Shown: one piece after another, positions 10,193-19,534 of the stretch
How the letters are laid out: every line of letters starts with the position of its first letter
How positions within the stretch are numbered: the stretch's first letter is position 1
Origin: Desulfatiglandales bacterium
GTDB taxonomy: Bacteria; Desulfobacterota; DSM-4660; Desulfatiglandales; Desulfatiglandaceae
Length of the DNA: 64,000 nt
Assembly (NCBI GenBank): GCA_963666345.1
Contig: OY762721.1
Span: 1,920,001 to 1,984,000, forward strand
Direction of reading: 5' to 3'
Made by a program: the position numbers and the translations under genes
Notes under the pieces: generated by a model
Databases searched by the model: none
What the model saw: only the letters and a program-made list of their open reading frames with translations
Told to the model about the DNA's origin: nothing

Positions 10193-11134
10193 TCATACCT
10201 GCTGCTTCAAAATATTGTAGACTGTTTTGGGAGATATTTTCAGGCGTTCTGCGACTTCACAACGCTTGAATCCCCTGGCTATCAACTGCTCGATAAGAAA
10301 CTTTAACGCCTGCCGGGACCCAGGTCTGCGTTTCCCATACTGGGTCAATGTATCATCGGTTCCCTGCTCCAGCGCTTCCATATTCAATATATCCATTCCG
10401 TCGATTTTGGCTACCGTCTTTGCGGTTGTCATCTTCCCAAAAATTTTCGGAAAAACCTTGATCAATTTCTTCCTGAAATCTTCTACGCCGCTTTCTTGCG
10501 TTTTTGGGTAATCAATATGCAATTTAGCTGCCTTTTCAAGCAGGTTACGATATTTGTACCTGGCGACTTGAAGATCGCTGGAAAACATTTTCAGTATGAA
10601 TTCGGCATTTACGAAAGATTTTTTCCCCGGTTCGTCCATAAATAACCGGACCGACGACCATCGATACTCTTTGGGGTCGCCAACGATTTCCGCTTTTACC
10701 GGATTTAGATGAATATAGGTAGAAGCGGTCATCAGGTATGCTTCGTCAAGACACACCGCCTGACGGTAAGGCCCTCCGAACAAGTGCCCTCGCCTTTCAT
10801 ATTTCCTGTTGAATCTCATCGCATATCGGGAAAACAGATCCCTCATGGCGTCCTGGAGGTTTCCGTGATTGGGCCGCAACAGGAGGTGGATATGATTTCT
10901 CATGAGACAAAATGAATAGATCTCGTAATCATGTTTTTGCACCGAATTTTTGAGAAATTTGAGCATACAGAGGAAATCGTCGTCTTCAACAAAACAGGGA
11001 TCCTTGCCGGCAGCACGTTGAGTGATATGCGAAACAAGGTTGCCTTGAGTGAGTTTATTTCGCGCGCGGAAAAAGCGCTTGACCTTATGCCCGTCAACAA
11101 GGTTGATTGAGTCCACGCAGCAGCTCCTCTGCAA
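10193..11134 (-). mobile_element. REP-associated tyrosine transposase (RAYT; IS200-like Y1 HUH) with C-terminal HTH
   Basis: SHITQR, FCLMRNHIHLL (HUH), RGHLF, YIHLNPVKA, EYRWSS; HTH tail EVAERLKISPKTVYNIL; flanked by palindromes. The true start may be slightly downstream. Confidence 0.9.
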
Positions 11135-11213
11135 AAAGGAAACACTAGGTTCAACAAACCATTAACCAACAAAGCCGGAACAGACTTTTGCCTGATCCTG
11201 ACAGGGTCACGAT

Positions 11214-11246
11214 TTACCGATTTCAGGTCAAACCTGAAATCGGTAA
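11214..11246. repeat. REP-like palindrome P2 upstream of the RAYT gene
   Basis: Perfect 15-bp stem TTACCGATTTCAGGT-caa-ACCTGAAATCGGTAA. Confidence 0.9.
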
Positions 11247-11568
11247 GCAAATTATTTGAATCGGTGTATTATATCAATAATTCTGCCCTTCTCCTCTCTA
11301 GCCCTTTTCGCCCTTTTGATGACAAATAACCAATGACTGCACCTGCCTTTCACATATTGCCATCTGGATCAAGTTCTAATTCTCTGCCATTTAAGACTGC
11401 TGATACTATATCAAACCTCTCTTCGACCCCCCACTGCCCGTGTATTATATTGTTATTTAATAAAAAATGGTAAGGGTCAGAAAACATTTTGTATTAGACA
11501 CTTGACTTATACATAATATAAGCTACCTTATAGTAAGTTAAATATAACACATTAGGAGGCGTATAATA

Positions 11569-11820
11569 ATGAACACAAATACTGTGAGATTAAATATTAC
11601 TCTCCCAAAGGATTTGGTCCGAAACTTAGATAAGTTGTTGACCAGCCCAAGAAAACGCAGTCAGTTTATCTCTAAATCCATCGAACTAGCTATCAAAAAA
11701 GCGGAAAAGGAAAAAATTGAGAAACTCCTAGAAGAGGGCTATCGAGCATCCAGACAGGAAGACCTTGATTTGGCAAAAGAGTTCGAGAATATAGACCTGG
11801 AGGGCTGGGATGAATATTAA
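11569..11820 (+). CDS. Ribbon-helix-helix (CopG-like) antitoxin
   Basis: RLNITLPKDL...RSQFI...LLEEGYR; overlaps the MazF-like gene. Confidence 0.88.
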   Translation: MNTNTVRLNITLPKDLVRNLDKLLTSPRKRSQFISKSIELAIKKAEKEKIEKLLEEGYRASRQEDLDLAKEFENIDLEGWDEY

Positions 11821-12157
11821 AAGAGGCGAGATATACCTCACTTCACTTGATCCGGTAATTGGTAGAGAAATTTCAAAAACACGGCCGGTAGTAGTTGTTT
11901 CTAATGACAAAAATAATCAATACTCCGGAACAATAACGATTTTACCTATCACGTCAAAAAATCTGAAAAAGACCTACCCTTTTGAGGTATTATTGCCTAA
12001 AGGGTCTGGGAACCTGCCTAAAGACTCAAAAGCTAAAGCAGACCAAATCCGAACCCTTGATAAAAGAAGGATTATTAAACTCATCGACTCTTTGAATGAA
12101 GAGCAAATGGAAAAGATAGACAAGGCCATGAAAATACATCTGGCACTATACAAATAA
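11810..12157 (+). CDS. mazF: PemK/MazF family endoribonuclease toxin
   Basis: KRGEIY..LDPVIGREISKTRPVVVVSN...DQIRTLDK. Confidence 0.93.
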   Translation: MNIKRGEIYLTSLDPVIGREISKTRPVVVVSNDKNNQYSGTITILPITSKNLKKTYPFEVLLPKGSGNLPKDSKAKADQIRTLDKRRIIKLIDSLNEEQMEKIDKAMKIHLALYK

Positions 12158-12392
12158 TCCATTATTTTTCACCGCTCTAAAACAATCCGGATATTCTTGA
12201 CCTGGCAACATAATTGGCCAGGATAAAACTGATGAAGCAAACAGATAATTAAAAAAACACAGCCAAGATTACATAATTGAATAAATTCAACAATCCCGGA
12301 GCGCACTCTCCCTGTTAATCCATCGTTTTCAGTTGACAATAAACTTCTTTTGAAGTATGTTTTTATAAAAATAAATTTTGGGGATAAGGGTT

Positions 12393-12650
12393 ATGGGCAC
12401 AAGAAGGCAGACATCGATTAAGGTTGACCCAAAAGCTTGGGATGCAGCCAAAATTATTTTTAAAGAATACAATTTAACAGTAACCGACGCTATCAATATA
12501 TTCTTAAACCGTGTAAGAATTGAGCGCGGACTACCTTTTCCCGTGAAGGTGCCTTCAGAAAGGCTGAGAAAAGCCATAGAAGAGGCTGAAACAAATGAGT
12601 TAGTAAGATATGATAGCATAGAAGGCATGATGAACGATCTAAAATCATGA
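12393..12650 (+). CDS. RelB/DinJ family antitoxin
   Basis: TSIKVD...AINIFL...GLPFPV; TTGACA-17-TATGTT promoter at 12333-12361. Confidence 0.88.
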   Translation: MGTRRQTSIKVDPKAWDAAKIIFKEYNLTVTDAINIFLNRVRIERGLPFPVKVPSERLRKAIEEAETNELVRYDSIEGMMNDLKS

Positions 12651-12919
12651 AATTTGGGCTGGCAAGAACAAAAAAATTTAAGAAATCTTTCAAGAAACTT
12701 CACCTAAAAGATAATGATGAAGCTATCTATATAGATATAGTATCGAAACTTCTAAACGGAACACCTTTGGACAAAAAGTATAAGGACCATTTTTTAAAGG
12801 GAAATCCAGAACAATACCAAGAATGCCATTTAAGGCCGGATCTGCTGCTTATTTATAGGCTTTATAAAGATGAGGTGCAACTTATTGATATAGGATCGCA
12901 TAGCGATCTATTTGAGTAA
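12647..12919 (+). CDS. yafQ: YafQ family mRNA interferase toxin
   Basis: KYKDHFLKG...ECHLRPDLLLIY...IGSHSDLF. Confidence 0.9.
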   Translation: MKFGLARTKKFKKSFKKLHLKDNDEAIYIDIVSKLLNGTPLDKKYKDHFLKGNPEQYQECHLRPDLLLIYRLYKDEVQLIDIGSHSDLFE

Positions 12920-13070
12920 AAATATTATAGCTATAAGTTCTCAGAGCAAACAATTTCTCCTCGACCAAAAACCACCACCACCTGAAACACCTTATGTCCG
13001 GCTGAGACCTTCCAATGTGGTCGTCAGGCCACCTCAGAAATAAACAACGAAAGATCTAGGGGACTCTTCA

Positions 13071-13340
13071 TCAGGTGAATCTTCTATAGATTTCTTTACT
13101 GTGACCTATTTTGAAGATTTCTATCGTCACGATATCGGAATAGACCGAATAGATAACCCTATAGTCACCTGCCCGAAGCCGGTATGTATATTCCGCGCCA
13201 TGCAATTTACGGCTCCCGGGAGGACAAGGATTGTCAGGTAGAGTTTCAATAGCTTGAAAAATTCTAGAAATGGTTTTTCTGCCAAATTTCTTAATCTCTT
13301 TTCCGGCCGATTGCTTCCACTCGATCTTATATGAGCCCAT
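13071..13340 (-). CDS. RelE/ParE family toxin (copy 2, paralog of 7447-7719)
   Basis: Closely similar protein and DNA to copy 1; ORF intact. Confidence 0.88.
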   Translation of the reverse strand: MGSYKIEWKQSAGKEIKKFGRKTISRIFQAIETLPDNPCPPGSRKLHGAEYTYRLRAGDYRVIYSVYSDIVTIEIFKIGHSKEIYRRFT

Positions 13341-13527
13341 CGCCTTTTAACTCAGCAAGAAACGCTTTGTGGGATATTGCCGGTTCATTCCTTCTCTCTG
13401 CCACAGCAGCTAAATCTTCAATGTCCTCGATCAACTACTGAAAGTCAGACATGGATAAAATGACCGATTTTTTCTTGCCCTTTTCATCCGTTATATATTG
13501 AGGGCAAATATTATCTAAACTTATCAT
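13327..13527 (-). pseudogene. Antitoxin copy 2 with a premature stop
   Basis: Aligns to 7706-7906; codon 31 is TAG (plus-strand CTA at 13435-13437) where copy 1 has GGG. Confidence 0.85.
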
Positions 13528-13740
13528 TGGAGCACCCCCTTCCTGACCATAATAATAACAGCCCAAAGACAGGCTAGCAATTTAAATCGCCATCCAAAGC
13601 AGCTATTTACCCAGATCGATCGGCCTTAATTAAAATCTGACTTCATGAACAAGTCCAGCAGGAGAAGACCCGGTCTCAGTAGCTTCTTCTTACCAACGAA
13701 GCCGGAATAAGACTTCGCAGAGATTCGGGCAGGGTAATGG

Positions 13741-13775
13741 CTTACCGATTTTAGGTTTGACCGGAAATCGGTAAG
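13741..13775. repeat. REP-like palindrome P3
   Basis: CTTACCGATTTTAGGTTTGACCGGAAATCGGTAAG, the reverse complement of the P1 core with 2 mismatches. Confidence 0.85.
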
Positions 13776-13780
13776 GGGGA

Positions 13781-15082
13781 TTACTTTTTACATTTACGGA
13801 TTATATCAATAATTCTATCGAGATCCTGTTCGCTCATCACAGTGCCTGAAGGAAGGCAGAGACCACTGTTAAATAGATCCTCGGCCACCTCCCCTCCTAC
13901 TACCCTTGCCTTATAGCGCTTTTTGCCTAGCCCACCTTTCTCGCCCGTCTCGCTTTTCACGTCCTTCTCATAACCAGTAACTGATAATGAATAACGTCTT
14001 CTTGCTTTTTTATCTTTTCTCGCATTTCTCGCCTGTCCAGCCTCCTTCTCACACTCAAACACAGGCTGAAGATGCATAGGCTTCCAGACGGGCCTGGATT
14101 CAATATTTTCCGCTTCTAGCGCCAGGCGCACAATCTCACGATCAGCCCCGAATTCCTCTGGAGTTATCAAAATGACCGTCAGCCACCGGTTGGACCTCCC
14201 GTAGTCAGCTTCAGGCATGAATTTTATTCCGGGGACACCACCCAGATTCTCTTTGTAATACTCAAATATCTCCCTTTTTCTTTTTACCCTTTCATCCAAT
14301 ACCTTGAGCTGTCCCCGACCGATAGCTGCCAGGATATTACTCATCCGATAGTTATATCCTATCTCGGTGTGCTCATAATGTGGAAAAGGATCTCTTGCCT
14401 GCTGAGAGAGAAAACAGGCGCGATCGATCAGCTCTTTACTATCAGAGGCCAGCATCCCGCCGCCCGAGGTTGTAATAATCTTGTTACCGTTAAAAGAAAA
14501 GGCCGCTAGCTTTGCACCTTTTCCTGCATGAATGAATTTTCCGTCTCTTTTGTAGGTAGCGCCAACCGCCTCTGCTGAATCACAGATAACAGGGATATTA
14601 TATTCATTACAGATATCCAAAATACGCTTTAGATTACAGCACTGCCCATAAAGATCAGTCGGAATAACAGCCTTGGGCAATCTTCCCCGCCTTTTACATT
14701 CCCTCAATTCCGCTTCAAGTATCCCTGGATCCATGTTCCAGGTATCACGATCACAGTCTATAAATACCGGGGTTGCACTCTGAAATATAATTGGTGTTAC
14801 ACTTCCAATAAAAGTCAGGGAAGAAGCAATAACCTCATCACCTGCTCCCACCCCTAACATTTTGAGTGCCAGGTGAAGGGCAGCTGTTCCGCTTGATAAA
14901 GCAACCACATGCGGGATGCCTATCTTTTCTGCAAACTCCTTTTCAAAGGCATCAACCATCGGCCCCAAAGGTGCGATATAGTTGCTTTCAAATGCCTCAC
15001 CAACAAATCGCATTTCTTCTCCACCCAAATGGGGAGGAGAGAGGAAAATGCGCTTTGCTAATTTTGAATTATTTATGTTCAT
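13781..15082 (-). CDS. DegT/PglE-type PLP-dependent sugar aminotransferase with a ~45 aa C-terminal insertion
   Basis: IFLSPPH, SSGTAALHLAL, FSFNGNKIITTSGGG, GYNYRMSN, RPVWKPMHLQPVF, LCLPSG. Confidence 0.95.
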   Translation of the reverse strand: MNINNSKLAKRIFLSPPHLGGEEMRFVGEAFESNYIAPLGPMVDAFEKEFAEKIGIPHVVALSSGTAALHLALKMLGVGAGDEVIASSLTFIGSVTPIIFQSATPVFIDCDRDTWNMDPGILEAELRECKRRGRLPKAVIPTDLYGQCCNLKRILDICNEYNIPVICDSAEAVGATYKRDGKFIHAGKGAKLAAFSFNGNKIITTSGGGMLASDSKELIDRACFLSQQARDPFPHYEHTEIGYNYRMSNILAAIGRGQLKVLDERVKRKREIFEYYKENLGGVPGIKFMPEADYGRSNRWLTVILITPEEFGADREIVRLALEAENIESRPVWKPMHLQPVFECEKEAGQARNARKDKKARRRYSLSVTGYEKDVKSETGEKGGLGKKRYKARVVGGEVAEDLFNSGLCLPSGTVMSEQDLDRIIDIIRKCKK

Positions 15083-15232
15083 TTGAGACTTTCTTGACTT
15101 GTCTTCACAATTGAGCTGAGAATCTTAATGCTTTTTATATATTCAACTATCAAGTTATCCAGATCTAACACAATTTTTCATCCCAATACAGCACTACGAA
15201 GTGTTGTGTTTAGGTTATCAGGACTTTCAAAT

Positions 15233-15268
15233 CTTACCGAAAATGGCTCAAGGCCGAAATCGGTAAAG
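15233..15268. repeat. Degenerate REP-like palindrome P4
   Basis: CTTACCGA...GAAATCGGTAA arms conserved, centre diverged. Confidence 0.6.
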
Positions 15269-15281
15269 GGTTGAATGAGAT

Positions 15282-15737
15282 TTATTCGCTTTGAATGTCA
15301 GCTTCCTCAATTACTTTGGCAGGAACACCAAAGGCAGTAACATTGGGGGGGATGTTGGAATTTACAAAACTGCAGGCGCCAACAACCGCATTTTCCCCAA
15401 TCGTAACCCCAGGCATCACAACCGTATGGCTACCTATTCTGCAATTTTTCTTTAATCTGACCTCACCTTTTTTGTTATCTATTGTAGATAATGAGTAGAT
15501 AGCACAATGAGAGCCAATCTGGACATAATCTTCAACTATGACACCATGTTTTGCGTTGATATATGTAAACGCACCGATATCGGATTTATATCCCAATTTC
15601 AAATTATCTTTGTTCTGAACCACCCAATTATATTGAGTCAGCTTCCCATCCTCAATATTGGGGTATTCCCAGTCTGAAAATCTGCTTTCATTATCCATGC
15701 ATCTATCTGTCCCCTTTGAATTTTTCTGCAGTGGCAT
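15282..15737 (-). CDS. Hexapeptide-repeat (LbH) acetyltransferase
   Basis: IGSHTVVMPGVTIGENAVVGACSFV...GVPAKVI; likely starts at MDNES (~15699). Confidence 0.88.
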   Translation of the reverse strand: MPLQKNSKGTDRCMDNESRFSDWEYPNIEDGKLTQYNWVVQNKDNLKLGYKSDIGAFTYINAKHGVIVEDYVQIGSHCAIYSLSTIDNKKGEVRLKKNCRIGSHTVVMPGVTIGENAVVGACSFVNSNIPPNVTAFGVPAKVIEEADIQSE

Positions 15738-16308
15738 GTCCAGGTTGATTAATGCCCTCTTTTTTAAAAATCTTCCATGCTGTCATGGCAATTATTTTTA
15801 GATCTAGACCAAGGCTCTGGTTTTCAACATACCATAAGTCCAGCTTAAATTTATCCTCCCAAGAAAGCTCATTTCTACCATTCACCTGCGCCCACCCTGT
15901 AATACCGGGTTTTACATCATGCCTGCGCAATTGTTCTGGTGTATAACGATCAAGATATTCCGTCAAAAGAGGCCTTGGCCCAACAAGGCTCATTTCTCCT
16001 TTTATCACATTAAACAACTCAGGAAGTTCATCCAAACTGGTTCCACGCAAAAACCGTCCCAAGATTGTTAATCGCTCTGAATCAGGCAACAGATTACCTT
16101 CTTCATCCCATTCATCCGTCATGGTGCGAAACTTATAGATGGTAAAAGGCCTGTCATGCAACCCCGGCCTCACCTGCTTAAACAAAACCGGCAAGCCGAT
16201 TTTTATACGCACAAAAAAACCGATCGATATAAAGACCGGCATAAGAATAATCACAGAAGGAACAGCCACCACCAGATCAAAAAGTCGTTTTATACACTTA
16301 TTATTCAT
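15703..16308 (-). CDS. Undecaprenyl-phosphate sugar phosphotransferase (PglC-like)
   Basis: KRLFDL, YKFRTM, SLDELPEL, MSLVGPRP, KPGITGWAQVNGRN. Confidence 0.95.
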   Translation of the reverse strand: MNNKCIKRLFDLVVAVPSVIILMPVFISIGFFVRIKIGLPVLFKQVRPGLHDRPFTIYKFRTMTDEWDEEGNLLPDSERLTILGRFLRGTSLDELPELFNVIKGEMSLVGPRPLLTEYLDRYTPEQLRRHDVKPGITGWAQVNGRNELSWEDKFKLDLWYVENQSLGLDLKIIAMTAWKIFKKEGINQPGHATAEKFKGDR

Positions 16309-16324
16309 CGTTTTCTAATTCGCG

Positions 16325-17545
16325 TCAATCTGCGGCTAATCCTTCTTTTGCGTTCTGTTCCAACCAATCGACAAACCTCTCCGCTAATTGAACCCTATCA
16401 AAATTTCTTTCAGCCAGCATTCGCGCATTTTTGCCCATTTCAGCAGCCTCATCTCTGTGATCAGCTATATATTCAAGTGCATCCGCAAAGGCTGCCGGAT
16501 TTTCAGGCGGCGCAGCTATTCCACACCTGCTCTCGGTTATAATATCTGCAAGCCACCCAGGGTAGTTATTAATCACAGGCAAACCGGAAGCGATATAATC
16601 AAAAAATTTATTAGGAGAGGTGCCGTAATAAAAAGCCGGAACATTTGCAAGAATCATCATGCCTGCATCAACACGCTGCAAAAAATCAGGCAACTTTTTC
16701 TTAGGCATTGGATCCATAAACAAACAATTATCCAATTTTTCAGATACTGCTCGCATTTTTAAGCTCGGCTTGAGTTTTCCGTCACCTACTAAAATTAGTT
16801 TGATATCTTTCCTTCCTCGTTTTTTTAATACCGCAGCAGAATCCAAAACAGCATCCAGACCATTGGCTATTCCATGTGCACCTGTAAAAATTGCCTTGAA
16901 TTCTTTCTCCCTGTTGGTGTTTGCTTTTGCCTTGAAAAGTTCCAGATCAGATCCGTTAGGGATCATAGTTACAATTTTTGGATTAATCCCCTTCCGTTTA
17001 ATTCCCCCCACAATCCCAGGAGAAAGCCCGATGCAAGCATTTGCGCTATGATATGAGGCCCATTCAAGAAAATCCATGGCTTTCAATATTAAGGGATTTG
17101 TAATAACTCCCATTTCACGGGGCAATTCCGGCCAGAGATCCCTAACCTCAAAAACAAAAGGTTTCTTTCTTAAAAGACTTGAAATTATACCAGGAACTCC
17201 GGCTGTGAGGGGAGTAGATGTAGCAAAAAGGAGATCATAATCATATTTCATGGCAATAATGATGCCCCTGATGGCAAATTCAATAAAAATCATGGTTCTT
17301 TTCAAAAAACCGTCATAATTCGAATAAGGGAGATCAAATTCAATGACATGAATACCATCGACTTCCCCTTCCCTCATTCCCCTTGAATATTCTCCAAGCA
17401 ATCCAGTTTCTGCTTTAAAATAAGAACCACATACCATAGTTACACTATGGCCGCGTTCAATTAGGCTTTTTGCCATTTCATAAGATCGCGTTCCCCCGGC
17501 ACCCTGAGGTGTAGCAAAATGTTGATGATAATAGAGAACATGCAT
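16325..17545 (-). CDS. Glycosyltransferase family 4 (WbuB-like)
   Basis: FEVRDLWPE, GAHGIANGL, SPNKFFDYIASGLPV. Confidence 0.92.
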   Translation of the reverse strand: MHVLYYHQHFATPQGAGGTRSYEMAKSLIERGHSVTMVCGSYFKAETGLLGEYSRGMREGEVDGIHVIEFDLPYSNYDGFLKRTMIFIEFAIRGIIIAMKYDYDLLFATSTPLTAGVPGIISSLLRKKPFVFEVRDLWPELPREMGVITNPLILKAMDFLEWASYHSANACIGLSPGIVGGIKRKGINPKIVTMIPNGSDLELFKAKANTNREKEFKAIFTGAHGIANGLDAVLDSAAVLKKRGRKDIKLILVGDGKLKPSLKMRAVSEKLDNCLFMDPMPKKKLPDFLQRVDAGMMILANVPAFYYGTSPNKFFDYIASGLPVINNYPGWLADIITESRCGIAAPPENPAAFADALEYIADHRDEAAEMGKNARMLAERNFDRVQLAERFVDWLEQNAKEGLAAD

Positions 17546-17551
17546 AATTTT

Positions 17552-19534
17552 TTACTTGGATGAAAATACTATTTTCGTCTTTATATCAGATGGGCTATCT
17601 TTTATTAAAACCTCAAGAACAGGTATTTTACTCTTTTTCATATAATATCTGGACTCCCACCCATCAGTAAGTTTTAGTTTTAAACTAGGGATAGAATCAC
17701 TTGTTAGCTCTATGGAAATGCCATTACCGAAACAAACATTGCCTTGCAATCTCCACTCTCCTGGTTCTAGACGCCACCGTAAGATTGCATCACTTTTAAA
17801 TCCAGATAACGTATCCGTTATTTGCCAACAATTTTGCTTTACATTAACGGACCTTTCCTGTCTGCATCCCATAGAATCAGTGTATGCTCCCGCCCAGGAT
17901 AGATACCCGCGGTGATAAGTTAAAGGCTCTATAGTTCTTCCTTTTGTCCATTTTCCCCATAGAAATCTAGATATTCGGGGCATCTGGTCGTGCCCATCAA
18001 ATTCAACTGTGTTATGGCTTTTTGTGCCCGGAAAGTAGCTTCGCCAAGGTTCAAGACAATTATAGCTGTATGAGCCACCATCTCTTAAAATATTTCTTCC
18101 CTTATACCAAAGATCTAGATGTAGAGCATCGGCATGTGCCGGACGAAACCGGAAATTTGGCAATCGTGCTACTCCCCAAGAATGATCCGAATGTAAAATT
18201 ACAAAACCACCATGCTTTAATGTTTGTGATTTCTTTTCTAATTCAGGTGAAAATCCTTCAATGTTGCTCAAATTAAAGTAATTAAGAACTTCATCCCACG
18301 ACCCTTTATCATATGCTCTACTATTAAAAAAAATGGCAGCCCCTAACTGTACTGAAGGCCTAAAATCCCTGAAACCACAAGAAGTTAAATTCAACAATAC
18401 GGCCCCATCATTAGCTCCTATGTTAGGTGCATCCCCTGAAGCAGCATCGACCATTTGAAACAACCAGTTTACTGCTGCTCGCGCTTTACGATAAAATCCA
18501 ACGGAAAAATTATCCATTCCAAGGTGCATCTGCCAAACTTTTACGATACTTAATGTATCAACAACTAACCTATGATAATTAACGGAATGCTGGGGAAAAG
18601 ACCCATCATCTGCGACCAACCGGGCAACACGGTTTTCGAGCCAAAATCTTCCTTTTTTCTCCCATTCTAAAGCCTTTCTTAGCAACTCTCCGTCATCAAC
18701 CACGTGCTGCCTTAACCACCCACCACATATAAATAATGCAGCAGCCTCGCTTGTTCCATGGTTGTTATCCTGAGACATAGCATAGAAAATTGTCGGCGCT
18801 ATACGCCCGCAATGTTCTCTGACAAAATAAACTAAATCCTTTGTGGGCGATCTGTCTTGCCCTAAAAGATATGCAGATAATAAAATATTTAACACCCGAA
18901 TTGATGCTTCTTGACCACATTTCCAGTTTGGTCCCCGGTTCAACGGATTTTTATTTGTCCAGTCACTTGACCATTTATTTAATGCCGAAAGGTATCTTTC
19001 GTCCCCGCTTACTCGATATGCCCTTGCAAAAACCAGCGCCCAGTCAAACCGCGAGGCCTCCCAGACGATCTTGATGTCCCCCACTTTATCGCTAAAGTCA
19101 GGCAGGCTTGACCAGTGCAGATCGGTATCAGGATATCTCTTTTGATGTAAGGGATTAAAAAACCAGTCAGGAGGAGAACCGACATTATATGGCTGATCTG
19201 AAAAATAAAGGATATTCCCTTTAAGCTGAGCCTCAGCAAGATCAACAACATCGGATTCCAATACAGGGCAGGATAAGTCTTTGGTTGAATGAGAAGAGCC
19301 ATGAAACAACGGATCATGATACCCATCCCCTGCGGGCATCACCTTTTTGATCAATCCACAGCCAAGCGCCAGCCTGTACCCCGCCACATTCGCAACATTT
19401 GCAAGCCCTAATCTGGGCAGAAGAGGCAGTAATAACCTTGCCTTGTTAAACGTTCGCAAACAAGCACTCCACAATCCGCTCCGCCGTTTTTCCATCCCAT
19501 TTCTCCGGCGTTTTGCCTTTTGGTCTTGTGCCAT
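17552..19534 (-). CDS. Heparinase II/III family protein
   Basis: GDIKIVWEASRF, NNHGTSE, QHSVNYH, HADALHLDLW, SHNTVEFDG. The real start is probably nearer 19450 because the ORF overlaps wecB. Confidence 0.9.
   Translation of the reverse strand: MAQDQKAKRRRNGMEKRRSGLWSACLRTFNKARLLLPLLPRLGLANVANVAGYRLALGCGLIKKVMPAGDGYHDPLFHGSSHSTKDLSCPVLESDVVDLAEAQLKGNILYFSDQPYNVGSPPDWFFNPLHQKRYPDTDLHWSSLPDFSDKVGDIKIVWEASRFDWALVFARAYRVSGDERYLSALNKWSSDWTNKNPLNRGPNWKCGQEASIRVLNILLSAYLLGQDRSPTKDLVYFVREHCGRIAPTIFYAMSQDNNHGTSEAAALFICGGWLRQHVVDDGELLRKALEWEKKGRFWLENRVARLVADDGSFPQHSVNYHRLVVDTLSIVKVWQMHLGMDNFSVGFYRKARAAVNWLFQMVDAASGDAPNIGANDGAVLLNLTSCGFRDFRPSVQLGAAIFFNSRAYDKGSWDEVLNYFNLSNIEGFSPELEKKSQTLKHGGFVILHSDHSWGVARLPNFRFRPAHADALHLDLWYKGRNILRDGGSYSYNCLEPWRSYFPGTKSHNTVEFDGHDQMPRISRFLWGKWTKGRTIEPLTYHRGYLSWAGAYTDSMGCRQERSVNVKQNCWQITDTLSGFKSDAILRWRLEPGEWRLQGNVCFGNGISIELTSDSIPSLKLKLTDGWESRYYMKKSKIPVLEVLIKDSPSDIKTKIVFSSK

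Noticed and set aside
12185..12250. Possible ParE-like N-terminal fragment between mazF and the DinJ-like gene
   Set aside because: Too short and disrupted to support without a search.
13435..13437. Pyrrolysine or other read-through of in-frame TAG codons (here and at 35696-35698)
   Set aside because: No pyl genes in the window, the paralogs have Gly or Gln at these sites, and the dehydrogenase copy also has frameshifts. Simple decay is more likely.
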